Shown here: piece by piece, positions 41,097-51,963 of the stretch
Layout: the number at the start of each line of letters is the position of its first letter
Position numbering within the stretch: the first letter of the stretch is position 1
Assembly: GCA_042408215.1 (NCBI GenBank)
Contig: JAYFMW010000001.1
Coordinates: forward strand, 32,001 to 96,000
Source: Microcoleus sp.
Lineage (GTDB): Bacteria; Cyanobacteriota; Cyanobacteriia; Cyanobacteriales; Microcoleaceae
DNA length: 64,000 nucleotides
Reading direction: 5' to 3'
Notes under the pieces: model-generated
Databases searched by the model: none
The model's input: the letters and a program-made list of their open reading frames with translations, nothing else
Told to the model about the DNA's origin: nothing
Translations under genes and position numbers: made by a program

Positions 41097-42155
41097 ATGA
41101 CAATCGCCGTCGGACGCGCCCAGAACGAAAGAGGCATCTTTGATGTCCTCGATGACTGGCTCAAACGCGATCGCTTCGTCTTCGTAGGCTGGTCAGGCCT
41201 CCTCCTATTCCCCTGCGCCTACATGGCCATCGGTGGCTGGCTGACAGGGACCACCTTCGTCACATCCTGGTACACCCACGGTTTGGCAAGCTCCTACCTC
41301 GAAGGAGCCAACTTCCTCACCGTCGCAGTTTCCACCCCAGCCAACAGCCTCGGACACTCCCTGCTGTTCCTGTGGGGCCCCGAAGCACAGTGGGACTTCA
41401 CCCGCTGGTTCCAACTCGGCGGCCTGTGGGCATTTGTCGCCCTCCACGGCGCTTTCTCTCTGATCGGCTTCTGCTTGCGTCAGATTGAAATCTCCCGTTT
41501 AGTCGGCATCCGCCCCTACAACGCCCTAGCATTCACCGGCCCCATTGCCGTGTTCGTTTCCGTGTTCCTGCTTTACCCCTTGGGTCAATCAGGCTGGTTC
41601 TTCGCCCCCAGCTTCGGCGTCGCAGCAATTTTCCGCTTCCTACTATTCCTGCAAGGCTTCCACAACTGGACGCTCAACCCCTTCCACATGATGGGAGTTG
41701 CAGGCATCTTGGGCGGTGCACTACTGTGCGCCATTCACGGTGCTACCGTGGAAAACACCTTGTTTGAAGACGGCGAAGGTGCTAACACCTTCCCCGCCTT
41801 CAACCCAACCCAGTCTGAAGAAACCTACTCGATGGTTACAGCCAACCGCTTTTGGTCGCAAATCTTCGGAATTGCTTTCTCCAACAAGCGTTGGTTGCAC
41901 TTCTTCATGCTCTTCGTGCCCGTCACAGGCTTGTGGATGAGCTCTTTGGGCATCGTCGGTTTAGCATTAAACCTGCGGGCCTATGACTTTGTATCCCAAG
42001 AATTGCGTGCAGCAGAAGATCCTGAGTTTGAAACGTTCTACACTAAGAATATTCTGTTGAATGAAGGTATTCGCGCTTGGATGGCTCCAACGGACCAACC
42101 GCACGAAAACTTCATCTTCCCAGAAGAAGTTCTGCCTCGCGGTAACGCACTTTAA
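41097..42155 (+). CDS. psbD: Photosystem II D2 protein
   Basis: [16 protein letters not shown]...[10 protein letters not shown]. Confidence 0.99.
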   Translation: MTIAVGRAQNERGIFDVLDDWLKRDRFVFVGWSGLLLFPCAYMAIGGWLTGTTFVTSWYTHGLASSYLEGANFLTVAVSTPANSLGHSLLFLWGPEAQWDFTRWFQLGGLWAFVALHGAFSLIGFCLRQIEISRLVGIRPYNALAFTGPIAVFVSVFLLYPLGQSGWFFAPSFGVAAIFRFLLFLQGFHNWTLNPFHMMGVAGILGGALLCAIHGATVENTLFEDGEGANTFPAFNPTQSEETYSMVTANRFWSQIFGIAFSNKRWLHFFMLFVPVTGLWMSSLGIVGLALNLRAYDFVSQELRAAEDPEFETFYTKNILLNEGIRAWMAPTDQPHENFIFPEEVLPRGNAL

Positions 42156-42306
42156 TAGATTCAAGATTTGGATTTAAGATTAATATTTTAATACTAAAAT
42201 CCAAATCTCAAACCCTGGTGTAGTGGCGGCGCACTCGTCCCTGCCCAGGGAACAAAAAACCTGAAATCCCAAATCCCAAATCCCAAATAGATGGAGGTTA
42301 TACCGC

Positions 42307-43686
42307 GTGGTAACGCTCTCTAATTCCTATGTAAGCGGTCGCGACCAAGAGTCCTCCGGGTTCGCTTGGTGGTCTGGTAACGCTCGTTTGATCAACCTTT
42401 CCGGCAAACTGCTGGGCGCCCACGTCGCTCACGCTGGCTTGATCGTTTTCTGGGCCGGAGCAATGACTTTGTTTGAAGTCGCTCACTTTATTCCAGAAAA
42501 GCCCATGTACGAACAAGGCTTAATCTTGATGCCCCACGTCGCTACCTTGGGTTGGGGCGTCGGCCCTGGCGGTGAAGTCACGGATATCTTCCCCTTCTTC
42601 GTAGTTGGCGTTCTCCACTTGATTTCATCTGCTGTTCTCGGTTTGGGCGGCATTTATCACGCCGTTCGCGGCCCGGAAGTCCTCGAAGAATACTCTTCTT
42701 TCTTCGGCTACGACTGGAAAGACAAGAACCAGATGACCAACATCATCGGCTATCACCTGATTTTATTGGGTGGCGGTTGCTTGCTGCTGGTTGCTAAGGC
42801 CATGTTCTTCGGCGGTGTCTATGACACCTGGGCTCCGGGCGGCGGCGACGTGCGTATTATCACGAACCCAACTCTCAACCCCGCTGTGATTTTTGGCTAC
42901 TTGGTTCGCTCTCCTTTCGGTGGCGAAGGCTGGGTAGTTAGCGTCAACAACATGGAAGACATCATCGGCGGTCACATCTGGCTGGGCCTGATTTGTATCG
43001 GTGGCGGTGTTTGGCACATTTTGACCAAGCCTTTCGGCTGGGCTCGTCGCGCCTTAATCTGGTCTGGCGAAGCTTACCTGTCTTACAGCTTGGGCGCTTT
43101 GTCCCTCATGGGCTTCATCGCTTGCTGCTTTGTCTGGTTCAACAACACTGCTTACCCTAGCGAATTCTATGGCCCGACGGGCCCGGAAGCTTCTCAAGCG
43201 CAAGCTTTGACCTTCTTGATCCGCGACCAACGCTTGGGTGCTAACGTCGGTTCTGCACAAGGCCCGACCGGTCTGGGTAAATATCTGATGCGCTCTCCTA
43301 CTGGCGAAATCATTTTCGGCGGTGAAACGATGCGTTTCTGGGATTTCCAAGGCCCTTGGTTGGAACCTTTGCGTGGTACTAACGGTTTGGATTTGAACAA
43401 AATCAAGAATGATATTCAGCCTTGGCAAGCTCGCCGCGCGGCTGAGTATATGACTCACGCTCCTTTGGGTTCTTTGAACTCTGTGGGCGGTTTGGCGACT
43501 GAAGTGAACGCATTTAACTTCACTTCTCCTCGTTCTTGGTTGTCCTGTTTCCACTTTGTGATGGGTTTCTTCTTCTTGGTCGGCCACTTGTGGCACGCGG
43601 GTCGCGCTCGCGCTGCTGTCGCTGGCTTTGAGAAGGGTATCAATCGTGAGACGGAAGCGGTACTTTCTATGCCTAACTTAGACTAA
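42307..43686 (+). CDS. psbC: Photosystem II CP43
   Basis: GTG start; [18 protein letters not shown]...HAGRARA. Confidence 0.99.
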   Translation: MVTLSNSYVSGRDQESSGFAWWSGNARLINLSGKLLGAHVAHAGLIVFWAGAMTLFEVAHFIPEKPMYEQGLILMPHVATLGWGVGPGGEVTDIFPFFVVGVLHLISSAVLGLGGIYHAVRGPEVLEEYSSFFGYDWKDKNQMTNIIGYHLILLGGGCLLLVAKAMFFGGVYDTWAPGGGDVRIITNPTLNPAVIFGYLVRSPFGGEGWVVSVNNMEDIIGGHIWLGLICIGGGVWHILTKPFGWARRALIWSGEAYLSYSLGALSLMGFIACCFVWFNNTAYPSEFYGPTGPEASQAQALTFLIRDQRLGANVGSAQGPTGLGKYLMRSPTGEIIFGGETMRFWDFQGPWLEPLRGTNGLDLNKIKNDIQPWQARRAAEYMTHAPLGSLNSVGGLATEVNAFNFTSPRSWLSCFHFVMGFFFLVGHLWHAGRARAAVAGFEKGINRETEAVLSMPNLD

Positions 43687-43722
43687 TCGATCGCATTTAT
43701 TGCTGATTTGATTGTCTGATTT

Positions 43723-43757
43723 AAAAAAGCTCCAGCTTAACGGCTGGAGCTTTTTTT
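43723..43757 (+). terminator. Intrinsic terminator after psbC
   Basis: AAAAAAGCTCCAGC-ttaacg-GCTGGAGCTTTTTTT. Confidence 0.9.
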
Positions 43758-43879
43758 GACTGCTGATTAACTGCTTAACAGCAGGAGCTTTTTTTGACTG
43801 CTGATTAACTCAGATTATGACTCTTAAAAATAGCAGCGATAGTCTATAATCACTTGGAAACAGTCAATTAAGTTGATGG

Positions 43880-44830
43880 ATGTCACTTAATATGGAATTA
43901 GCACTGCCTGATATTTCTCAAAGCTTTCAAAAGACAAAAGGATTGTTTACGGAACAAGTCGGAAAAGCAGTTAATTCTACTTCAGAAGCAACAGCACAAG
44001 CTAAATCTTCTCTCTCCGAAACTGCTGACAAGGCAAAAGAAGCTCTCACTCACACTACTAATTCTGCCGTTAATGCTGTTAATCAAGCTACGAACAATGC
44101 TTTAGGTACTGTAGCGGAGACAACTGAAAAAGCGAGGAATTCTCTATCTGAAGTCGCGAATCAAGCAGTGAATCGCGTTAGTGAAACTACCAACAAAGCT
44201 GTTGATGCTGTTTCTCACTCTGCCACAACTGCGAAAGAAACTATTACTCAAACTACTAACTCTGCGGTCAATACTCTGAATCAAACAACTAGCCAAGCTG
44301 TAGAGAGTGTAAATCAAGCAACAGAAAAGGCTAAGGCGTCATTACAAAATAGCATTGATCGGGCTGAAAATATTAGCGGTGCGGCTTCAGATGCGATCCA
44401 AAGTGCGATCGATGCTATCGTCAAAAATTGGATGGATTCTCATCCTGCAATCTTCTGGTTGGTGAGTCATCCGCTGATAGCGTTAGCAATGCTGCTGCTA
44501 TCTATATTTATTATATTGGGTTTGTTCCAGGCTTTAGGTAGCTTTTTTGCAGAAGGATGGTTATCTATTTTGCAAATACCTGGAAAATTTATACAAGGGG
44601 TTTTCAGTGTCGGCTCTAAATCTGTAAGTAATCTCGGTGGAGTGGCTGTCAACTCATTGGTTTCAAGGAATCCGGGATTACATAATAATTCAGCTTTACA
44701 ATTGAGCGGAGTTGAATCAAACAGTTTGGAGTCTCAGGAACGACTTGCTAATATTTTGACAAGGTTAGAGGCAATTCGACAAGAGCAAAATCAGCTTTTA
44801 CAAGAAGTGTCGGCTATTTTAGGGAAGTAA
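43880..44830 (+). CDS. Hypothetical protein with apolipoprotein/LEA-like amphipathic repeats and a C-terminal TM region
   Basis: A/T/N/S-rich repeated helices followed by a hydrophobic segment. Confidence 0.75.
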   Translation: MSLNMELALPDISQSFQKTKGLFTEQVGKAVNSTSEATAQAKSSLSETADKAKEALTHTTNSAVNAVNQATNNALGTVAETTEKARNSLSEVANQAVNRVSETTNKAVDAVSHSATTAKETITQTTNSAVNTLNQTTSQAVESVNQATEKAKASLQNSIDRAENISGAASDAIQSAIDAIVKNWMDSHPAIFWLVSHPLIALAMLLLSIFIILGLFQALGSFFAEGWLSILQIPGKFIQGVFSVGSKSVSNLGGVAVNSLVSRNPGLHNNSALQLSGVESNSLESQERLANILTRLEAIRQEQNQLLQEVSAILGK

Positions 44831-44865
44831 TTTAATGCAGAGTGAGAAGGTAAAGCCGATCGCAC

Positions 44866-45106
44866 TTATCGACTAATCGGTAAATCTATTGTCCCATTTT
44901 CGCTTTTTACAGTGCCATAAACAACACCTAAATATTCGCGTCTGGCGGTTTTAGCCTTGAATTGAGCTTGTAAATGTTGGTGGGCAAAATCGCGATAAGT
45001 CTGGTAACTCGTTAGAAAGCCAAAGGTCTAAACGCTGAGTAAGTTTTGATTCTGTGGACTTTCCAATATCTTCAACTTCTCTAAAAATTGATGCTTCGCT
45101 TTTCAT
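44866..45106 (-). pseudogene. RluA/RluD pseudouridine synthase remnant with an internal deletion
   Basis: Manual translation: RLDLWLSNELPDLSR (S4 start) joined out of frame to AHQHLQAQFKAKTARREYLGVVYG...GTIDLPI. Confidence 0.75.
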
Positions 45107-45169
45107 ATTTAATTTACTAACTAACCATTAACCGTTAACTGTTAACCGTTAAGTGTTAACCGTTAACCG

Positions 45170-47047
45170 TTAATCACTTTCTATTTTAACCTGCCAAGTC
45201 TCCAAAGTAGTACCAATTATTTGATCGAGATTTGTCAAGGCATTAAAGTACGCAATTCTCGCATTGAGTTCTGCATTCTTATCTTGCACTAAAGCATTCT
45301 GAGCATTTACAATATTGATAGTCCGAGAAATTCCCAAACCCAATCTTAGCTTGTCTTGCTCTATTTCTAATTGCTTCTCAGCTAACTCTCGCGACTTTTT
45401 TGCCATTTCCATTTGCTTACGATTATAATTGATAGCTCTAATTGCATTTGTCACATCTACTTCCAGTTTTTGGTTTTGCTCCTTTAAATTATTCTCAGCT
45501 TGTAATAGACTAACACGACTGCGCTGAAAATCTCGCTCAATTCCTCTATTTCCGAATTCACGATTCAAAACCAGTCCCGCTCTCAAATCCGAGGTGCTTT
45601 CTGAAAGATTACTAGCATTATTAGTATAACTTGCATTTACCTTTAAATCCCAGCGCCGCTTATTTTCCGCTAGTAATAAGTCATATTTAGCGCTTTCTAG
45701 TTGTAGCTGTGTTTGTAAATATTTAGGATTATTTGACATAGCTAATTGTAGGATCTTATTAAAGTCCAAAGAATTAGATTCCTCTGGAGGCGATTCCACT
45801 GCAATAATATTGATATTGCGGTCAATGTCTAAAATTTGCAGCAGTGCTAATCTTGCCGTCTTTAGTTGATTCTCACTATCTAACACTGCTAGTTCCCGAT
45901 TTGCGACATCTGTTTCATTGGTAAAAATATCAACTTTGGCTTTTCTTCCGGCCTGAATTAAAGCCCGATCTATCTGAAATTGCCGACGGGCAATTTCCAG
46001 AGAACCTTTTGAAATTTTAACTCTTTCCTGAGCCTGAATCAAGTTTCGATAGGCTGAAATAGCTGAATTGATTGTGTTAATTAAGGTCGATTTCAAACTC
46101 AGGAGATTTCTTTTTTCATTCAGGCGAGCAATCTCAATTGGCGCTTTATTGACAGCAACTCCAGCTCCCCTTAACAGAGGTTGATTGAAATTCAACGTTA
46201 GATTTTGACTTAAAGAATCTTGGGTTTGATTCCCAACCCAGGCAAAACTTATATCTCCTCCAGTGGGAATTTTGACACTCACCTTAGCTGATAACTTGGC
46301 TTCCTCATTAATGTTGACACTTCCCCCATTCCTGAGACGAATTGCTGACACTGATAACTCTGGTGTAAAAATAGGGAGGAATTGGCCTTCTGCTACGGCT
46401 AAATCTTGTTTTTGCACTATGCGATCGAGGTATTGATTTTTGATATCTCTGTTGTTTTCCAAACCTAAAAATACCACTTCCGGTAGTGTCAGTTCAACCC
46501 CTGGTTCATCCTCTATATATTGCTGTTGAATAGTTGGCTTTGGGCTATTTTCAGGTGTTGGTTCTGCTGTTTTTTCTGGATTTGGTATAGCTTCAGGAAT
46601 TACTATTAATTCTGGTTGAACTGGAGGTTTTTGAGTAGTAGAAGTTGTTAATACTTGGGAATCTGGACTGGGAGATTGGGAATTAGGAATTGGTGAGTCT
46701 TTGATTTTACTTGTTTGATTTTTCCCTTGGGATTGAGGAATAACTATTCCCGGGTTTGTAAGCGTTTTTCTCTGATTTTGGGGTTTGATTAGCGCCTGAT
46801 TTTGCGGTATATTTTGGATGTGTGGGAGATATTTTTCAGTGGGAAGTGGCAGGATTTTGGGCGCGATCGCAGATTTAGAGCTCACATCAGTTTTGACTGT
46901 TGAACTAGACTTAAAAGCAACAGCAAATATCGCCAATAGCCCACAGGTTGCAACCATAACTAGGCTAAAACGCAATATCCAAGGCATATCGTAGCGAGGA
47001 GAAGAATCGCTATTTTGGAGATCATCTTCGTTCGGATGCTCAGTCAT
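45170..47047 (-). CDS. TolC-family outer-membrane efflux protein with a long Pro-rich N-terminal extension
   Basis: LTL.E...GLENN, F.QPLLRGAG, AY.NL..AQE, coiled coils. Confidence 0.9.
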   Translation of the reverse strand: MTEHPNEDDLQNSDSSPRYDMPWILRFSLVMVATCGLLAIFAVAFKSSSTVKTDVSSKSAIAPKILPLPTEKYLPHIQNIPQNQALIKPQNQRKTLTNPGIVIPQSQGKNQTSKIKDSPIPNSQSPSPDSQVLTTSTTQKPPVQPELIVIPEAIPNPEKTAEPTPENSPKPTIQQQYIEDEPGVELTLPEVVFLGLENNRDIKNQYLDRIVQKQDLAVAEGQFLPIFTPELSVSAIRLRNGGSVNINEEAKLSAKVSVKIPTGGDISFAWVGNQTQDSLSQNLTLNFNQPLLRGAGVAVNKAPIEIARLNEKRNLLSLKSTLINTINSAISAYRNLIQAQERVKISKGSLEIARRQFQIDRALIQAGRKAKVDIFTNETDVANRELAVLDSENQLKTARLALLQILDIDRNINIIAVESPPEESNSLDFNKILQLAMSNNPKYLQTQLQLESAKYDLLLAENKRRWDLKVNASYTNNASNLSESTSDLRAGLVLNREFGNRGIERDFQRSRVSLLQAENNLKEQNQKLEVDVTNAIRAINYNRKQMEMAKKSRELAEKQLEIEQDKLRLGLGISRTINIVNAQNALVQDKNAELNARIAYFNALTNLDQIIGTTLETWQVKIESD

Positions 47048-47100
47048 GCTAACTCAAGTTAGTTTTGCAAGTAAGTTTATTACGATTTCCTACGGGATAG

Positions 47101-48273
47101 CTACGCTTGACGTAGCGCTTTAACAGGATCGAGTTGGCTAGCTCGCAGAGCCGGGAAAAAACCTGCTCCCACCCCCACTGCTAATGCTGCTCCTAGAGCC
47201 AAAGCTGCTGTGTTGCTATCAAATTTATAAGGTAACTTAAAAACATCGGCAACAACAGTTGTCAACCCATGTACCGTCACAATAGCAGCAATTCCACCTA
47301 CTAAACTTAGAATAACTGCTTCTAAAATAAACTGCAACATGATATCCCGCTGAGTAGCCCCAATCGCGCGTCTCAAACCAATTTCTGGGGTGCGTTCCAT
47401 CACTGCTGCGATCGTAATATTAGCAATCCCCACTCCTCCCACCAGCAGCGAAATTACCCCCACTGCTAAAAGTGATCGCGAAACCATTTCCAAAGTTTCT
47501 TGCTGCTCCATAATATCGTCTACATTATTCCAAACATAAACCTTTGCCTTGGGAAAGCGCTGCTGAAAAACCTTTTTTGCCTGCTTTTCCATCCCTTTCA
47601 TATCTTTAAGATTGTAAGGGCGCACCACAATTGAGTCAATCCCCTGGCTACCTGTCATTGCTTTGTAAACCGACATCGACACCCACATTTCACCTTTAGG
47701 TTCCCCAAAAAGGCCTTCCTTGCTCTCCATTACGCCGATAACAATGTAAGGTCTGCCTTCAGCATAAATGCGCTGACGTAAAGGTTTTGTGCCACCTTTA
47801 AAAAGTTGTGTCGCCAGCATTTCATCAATTACTACGACAGGTCGATAGTTAGCAAAATCATTAGGGGAAAAAAAACGCCCCGCTATTAATCGCCGCCCCG
47901 ATGTCTTTAAATGATCTTGAGAAACAGCGGCCATATTAGGTTTCGCTTCCACGGCCTGAAACACAACTTTTTCGTTATAATAACCAAACGAACTTGCTGC
48001 GCTAATCGCCTGAATTCCATTCAGCCGATGCCGCCAAAATTCCATATCTTCTAACTTTAACATCACCTCATCCCACATGATGTAAATTTGAGGTGCTTCT
48101 CGCTTGGCTAGTTGTTCACTAATTACGGCGTGACTAATATTGCCCACTTGCAGCGTTGCGCTGACCGCAGCTACACCCATAAAAACTCCGACTGTAGTTA
48201 GGGAAGACCGCAAAAGATTGCCACTGAGGGAAATGCAAGTAAGGCGGATTAGGTCAACAAGAGAAAGGCTCAT
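47101..48273 (-). CDS. MacB/FtsX-family ABC permease
   Basis: LRSSLT..GVFMGV, ISLLVGGVGIANI, ERTPEIGLRRAIGA, PALRASQLDPV. Confidence 0.95.
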   Translation of the reverse strand: MSLSLVDLIRLTCISLSGNLLRSSLTTVGVFMGVAAVSATLQVGNISHAVISEQLAKREAPQIYIMWDEVMLKLEDMEFWRHRLNGIQAISAASSFGYYNEKVVFQAVEAKPNMAAVSQDHLKTSGRRLIAGRFFSPNDFANYRPVVVIDEMLATQLFKGGTKPLRQRIYAEGRPYIVIGVMESKEGLFGEPKGEMWVSMSVYKAMTGSQGIDSIVVRPYNLKDMKGMEKQAKKVFQQRFPKAKVYVWNNVDDIMEQQETLEMVSRSLLAVGVISLLVGGVGIANITIAAVMERTPEIGLRRAIGATQRDIMLQFILEAVILSLVGGIAAIVTVHGLTTVVADVFKLPYKFDSNTAALALGAALAVGVGAGFFPALRASQLDPVKALRQA

Positions 48274-48329
48274 TGATAGTTTAAGTAGGTAGGTGCAAAT
48301 AAACCTTTAATAATGCTCTCGATAGCTAA

Positions 48330-48496
48330 GTAGGGACACGGCAATGCCCTGTCCCTACTATCATGTCATTGCGAGGAGTTGCGAGGCGTTGCAGGCCCGC
48401 GCCAACTAAACTAATCCCAAGCCTTTGCGATCGCTTCCTACCTCGCAATGACACACAATATAGCAGGGTAGGGACACGGCAATGCCCTGTCCCTAC
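48330..48496. repeat. Composite REP: two identical GTAG-type palindromes flanking another inverted repeat
   Basis: GTAGGGACACGGCAATGCCCTGTCCCTAC at 48330 and 48468; GTCATTGCGAGG...CCTCGCAATGAC between them. Confidence 0.85.
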
Positions 48497-49672
48497 TTAC
48501 CCTGTACGCAGCGCTTTCACAGGATCGAGTTGACTAGCTCGCAAAGCCGGGAAAAAACCTGCTCCCACCCCCACCGCTAATGCCGATCCTAAAGCCAAAG
48601 CTGCTGTGTTGCTATCAAATTTATAGGGTAATTTAAAAACATCGGCAACAACAGTTGTTAACCCGTGTACCGTCACAATAGCAGCAATTCCCCCTACTAA
48701 ACTTAGAATAACTGCTTCTAAAATAAACTGCAACATGATATCCCGCTGAGTAGCCCCAATCGCGCGTCTCAAACCAATTTCTGGGGTGCGTTCCATCACC
48801 GATGCGATCGTAATATTAGCAATCCCCACTCCTCCCACCAGCAGCGAAATTACCCCCACCGCTAAAAGTGCTCGCGAAACCATTTCCAAAGTTTCTTGCT
48901 GCTCCAAAATTGTTTTAACATTATTACGAACATAAATCTCTGCCTTGGGAAAGCGCTGCTGAAAAACCTTTTTTGCCTGCTTTTCCATCTTTTTAATATC
49001 TTTAAAATTGTAAGGGCGCACCAAAATTGAGTAAATTCTCTGGCTACCTGTCATCGCTTTGTAAACTGACATAGACACCCACATTTCACCTTTAGGTTCC
49101 CCAAAAATGCCTTCCTTGCTCTCCATTACGCCGATAACAATGTAAGGTCTGCCTTCAGCATAAATGCGCTGACCTATAGGTTTATTACCACCTTTAAAAA
49201 GTTGTGTCGCCAGCATTTCATCAATTACCACTACAGGTCGATAGTTAGCAAAATCATTAGAGGAAAAAAACCGCCCCGCCATTAATCGCCGCCCCGATGT
49301 CAATAAATGATATTGAGAAACGGCGAAGATATAAGTTTCCGCTTCTTCAGCCTGAAATATAACTTTTGTGTTATAATGACCAAACCAATTTGATGCACTA
49401 ATTGCCTGAACTCCTTTCAGCCGTTGCCGCAAAAAATCCATATCTTCTAACTTCAAACCCACCTCACCCCCCATACCAATGCGAATTTGAGGTGCTTCTC
49501 GCTTGGCTAGTTGTTCACTAATCACGGCGTGGCTAATATTGCCCACTTGCAGCGTTGCGCTGACCGCCGCTACACCCATAAATACTCCAACCGTAGTTAG
49601 GGAAGACCGCAAAAGATTGCCACTTAGGGAAATGCAAGTTAGGCGGATTAGGTCAACAATAGAAAGGCTCAT
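48497..49672 (-). CDS. MacB/FtsX-family ABC permease (paralogue)
   Basis: Same motifs as 47101-48273; tandem duplicate. Confidence 0.95.
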   Translation of the reverse strand: MSLSIVDLIRLTCISLSGNLLRSSLTTVGVFMGVAAVSATLQVGNISHAVISEQLAKREAPQIRIGMGGEVGLKLEDMDFLRQRLKGVQAISASNWFGHYNTKVIFQAEEAETYIFAVSQYHLLTSGRRLMAGRFFSSNDFANYRPVVVIDEMLATQLFKGGNKPIGQRIYAEGRPYIVIGVMESKEGIFGEPKGEMWVSMSVYKAMTGSQRIYSILVRPYNFKDIKKMEKQAKKVFQQRFPKAEIYVRNNVKTILEQQETLEMVSRALLAVGVISLLVGGVGIANITIASVMERTPEIGLRRAIGATQRDIMLQFILEAVILSLVGGIAAIVTVHGLTTVVADVFKLPYKFDSNTAALALGSALAVGVGAGFFPALRASQLDPVKALRTG

Positions 49673-49770
49673 AAGCAATTATATAGCGGTTTTTCGTTGC
49701 AGGAGAACAGGTAATTGGTAATTGATAATTGGTGATGGGTGATTGGTGATTGATTGATAGTCTTTAATTG

Positions 49771-51270
49771 TTATTTTCGATCGTCACCCTCTGTTTTTTC
49801 TTCTTGAATAGGAGTTCCTGGCTTTAAGGAAGGTTCAGAAGGGGGTATCACAGCACTGTCACCAGGCCGCAAACCTGAAGTTACTTCTACCTGCGTTAAT
49901 CCTTCTAAACCTAATGTAACTGGCCGTTTCTGGGCTTTACCTTGACTGTCACGAATCCAAACAAAAGGCTGAGATTCCGATCGCACAACTACCTCTGTAT
50001 TCAAAACTACTACCTTCTGACGCTGCTGCAAAATGATCTCCACATTAACTTGACTCCCTGGAATTAAAGTACCCGATGGATTGTCCAGTTTCACTCTTGC
50101 AGGAACCGTTGCTTGAGCGCCTTGATTTGATTGATTATTTCCGCTACTATCACCCCTACCCGCCAGAATAGATAAGCTTTCAACTCTTCCTGAAAACTGC
50201 TTAGGATTGGGGCCTATAATGCTGATACGGACGGATTGATTCGGTTTAACTTTAGCAGCATTTAGCGTAGAAAGCTGTAGTTTTACCAGTTCTTTTGTCG
50301 GGTCGCCTAACGTTAAAAGTTCTTTTCCCAGCGCTACCCCGTCGCCATTTTTAACCGTGATATCAAGGACCTTGCCATCTATTGATGCCGTCAAAATATT
50401 GTTTTTAAATTGTTGTTGCTTTTCTTGGTAATCAAGCTGTGATCTTTGGAGATCGCGGCTATTTGTGCTAACAGTTAACTGAGCTTCTCGCAGTGCCGAC
50501 TCAGCAGTTTTCACCTGGTCCTGAAGTTCTTTTTCTTTGTCTCGCAGCTTACTTTGCTTGCTTTTTAGATCGAGGAGATCGTTGTTGATTTGAAGCTGTG
50601 CATCTCGTAAAGTAGCTTTAGCACTGCGAACTGCTTTTTCCTGAGATTGCACGTCATTTCCCGGAATATAACCTCTTTCAAAAAATGCTTTATCCTCGGT
50701 GAGTTTTCGCTCAGCCACCGCTAAATCTTCCTTAGCTTCAACAACTTTTTGGCGATCATTTGCCAAGGTAATTTCCTGTTTTTGAATGTCTAATAAATCG
50801 TCATTTTGCCCGGATTTATAATCTTCTATTTTCCCTTGGGCAGTCCTGAGCTTTTCTTGGGCTTCGACAACTTTTTGCCGTAAGCTTTCCAGGGTGAGTT
50901 TTTGTTTCTCAATATCCAACTCTACCTGGCTAAGAGTTATTTTACTTTCCTTGTTGCGAAGAGTGATTAAGTTCTGACCAACTGTCACATTGTCCCCGAT
51001 TTTTACTAACACCTGATCGACTGTAGCCTCGGCGGGAGATTTAAGAGTTTGTTGACCACCCAATTCAATAGTGCCGCTTTCATTAATCGTATCTTCAATA
51101 TCGCCAAGTTTGACGGGAATTAAGCTCACTCCTATGGGTGCGGGAGGTCGATTTTGATACCACCCGTAGGCAAATAAGCTGCCGCCGATGCCTAGAGTGA
51201 GAACACCTGACCACATTAACCATTTGAGTCCTGTTTTGAAACTATTTTTTTCTTGATGTTTCACTGTCAA
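49771..51270 (-). CDS. Efflux periplasmic adaptor (MacA/HlyD family)
   Basis: N-terminal TM, VLVKIGDNV..GQ.L, long coiled coil, ASIDGKV, VTLGL...VEVTSGL.PGD. Confidence 0.93.
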   Translation of the reverse strand: MTVKHQEKNSFKTGLKWLMWSGVLTLGIGGSLFAYGWYQNRPPAPIGVSLIPVKLGDIEDTINESGTIELGGQQTLKSPAEATVDQVLVKIGDNVTVGQNLITLRNKESKITLSQVELDIEKQKLTLESLRQKVVEAQEKLRTAQGKIEDYKSGQNDDLLDIQKQEITLANDRQKVVEAKEDLAVAERKLTEDKAFFERGYIPGNDVQSQEKAVRSAKATLRDAQLQINNDLLDLKSKQSKLRDKEKELQDQVKTAESALREAQLTVSTNSRDLQRSQLDYQEKQQQFKNNILTASIDGKVLDITVKNGDGVALGKELLTLGDPTKELVKLQLSTLNAAKVKPNQSVRISIIGPNPKQFSGRVESLSILAGRGDSSGNNQSNQGAQATVPARVKLDNPSGTLIPGSQVNVEIILQQRQKVVVLNTEVVVRSESQPFVWIRDSQGKAQKRPVTLGLEGLTQVEVTSGLRPGDSAVIPPSEPSLKPGTPIQEEKTEGDDRK

Positions 51271-51574
51271 CTCCCCTCCTGCAAACTATCAATATCAGGA
51301 CTTATACCAATTTAATAGGTCGTTGCACATATCCCGCTCCCCCTAAATCCCCCTTAAAAAGGGAGTAGGGTGTGAGTAGGGGTTGACTTTGAATTCTTGC
51401 TCCCCTTTTTTAAGGGGGCTGGGGGGATCGGATTCTATGCAGCCTCATAAAAAATTGGTATTAGGCACTAACTACGATTTTCTGTCATTTCAAGCGAAGC
51501 GAGGCAATCTCCAACCCTAATTTCTCCCGATCAGTGCGTAAATCCTAAATATCTGAAATCGATCGCTCTATTTG

Positions 51575-51963
51575 ACGGGAGCATCCCGATTTTGCACAAA
51601 TATTAAACTGCAAATTCACCATTCAAGTAGGTACTACGCAGTTGTAACATTTGAGAAACACTTTCAGATTTCGGCACTGTTAAGCGTGCGCGATCGCCCT
51701 TTGACTGTTTTGGTGACTTTTTGGCTCAAAAAAGGGCGATTTTGGGGCTGACATATTCTAGCATCTGTTGATGTACTACTTTCTCAAGCCCTTCTCAGGC
51801 GGCTATTTCTTCTGAATCTGTATGGTTGTAGAGGATTTGGGCTATCTCCTGAATACAGGCCGATCGGCGTAGTGCTTCGGGGGTTATGCTCATTTTTTCC
51901 CCCGATCTACTCTGTTTATTTTGCCCGCTGGTAGTCTCTTTGCACCCATCGGGATGCTCCCGT
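51575..51963. mobile_element. 389-bp MITE-like element
   Basis: Perfect 16-bp terminal inverted repeats ACGGGAGCATCCCGAT (51575-51590 and 51948-51963); no transposase. Confidence 0.75.

Noticed and set aside
43783..43810. Second terminator after psbC
   Set aside because: Only a short duplication of the 3' half of the first terminator, without a full stem
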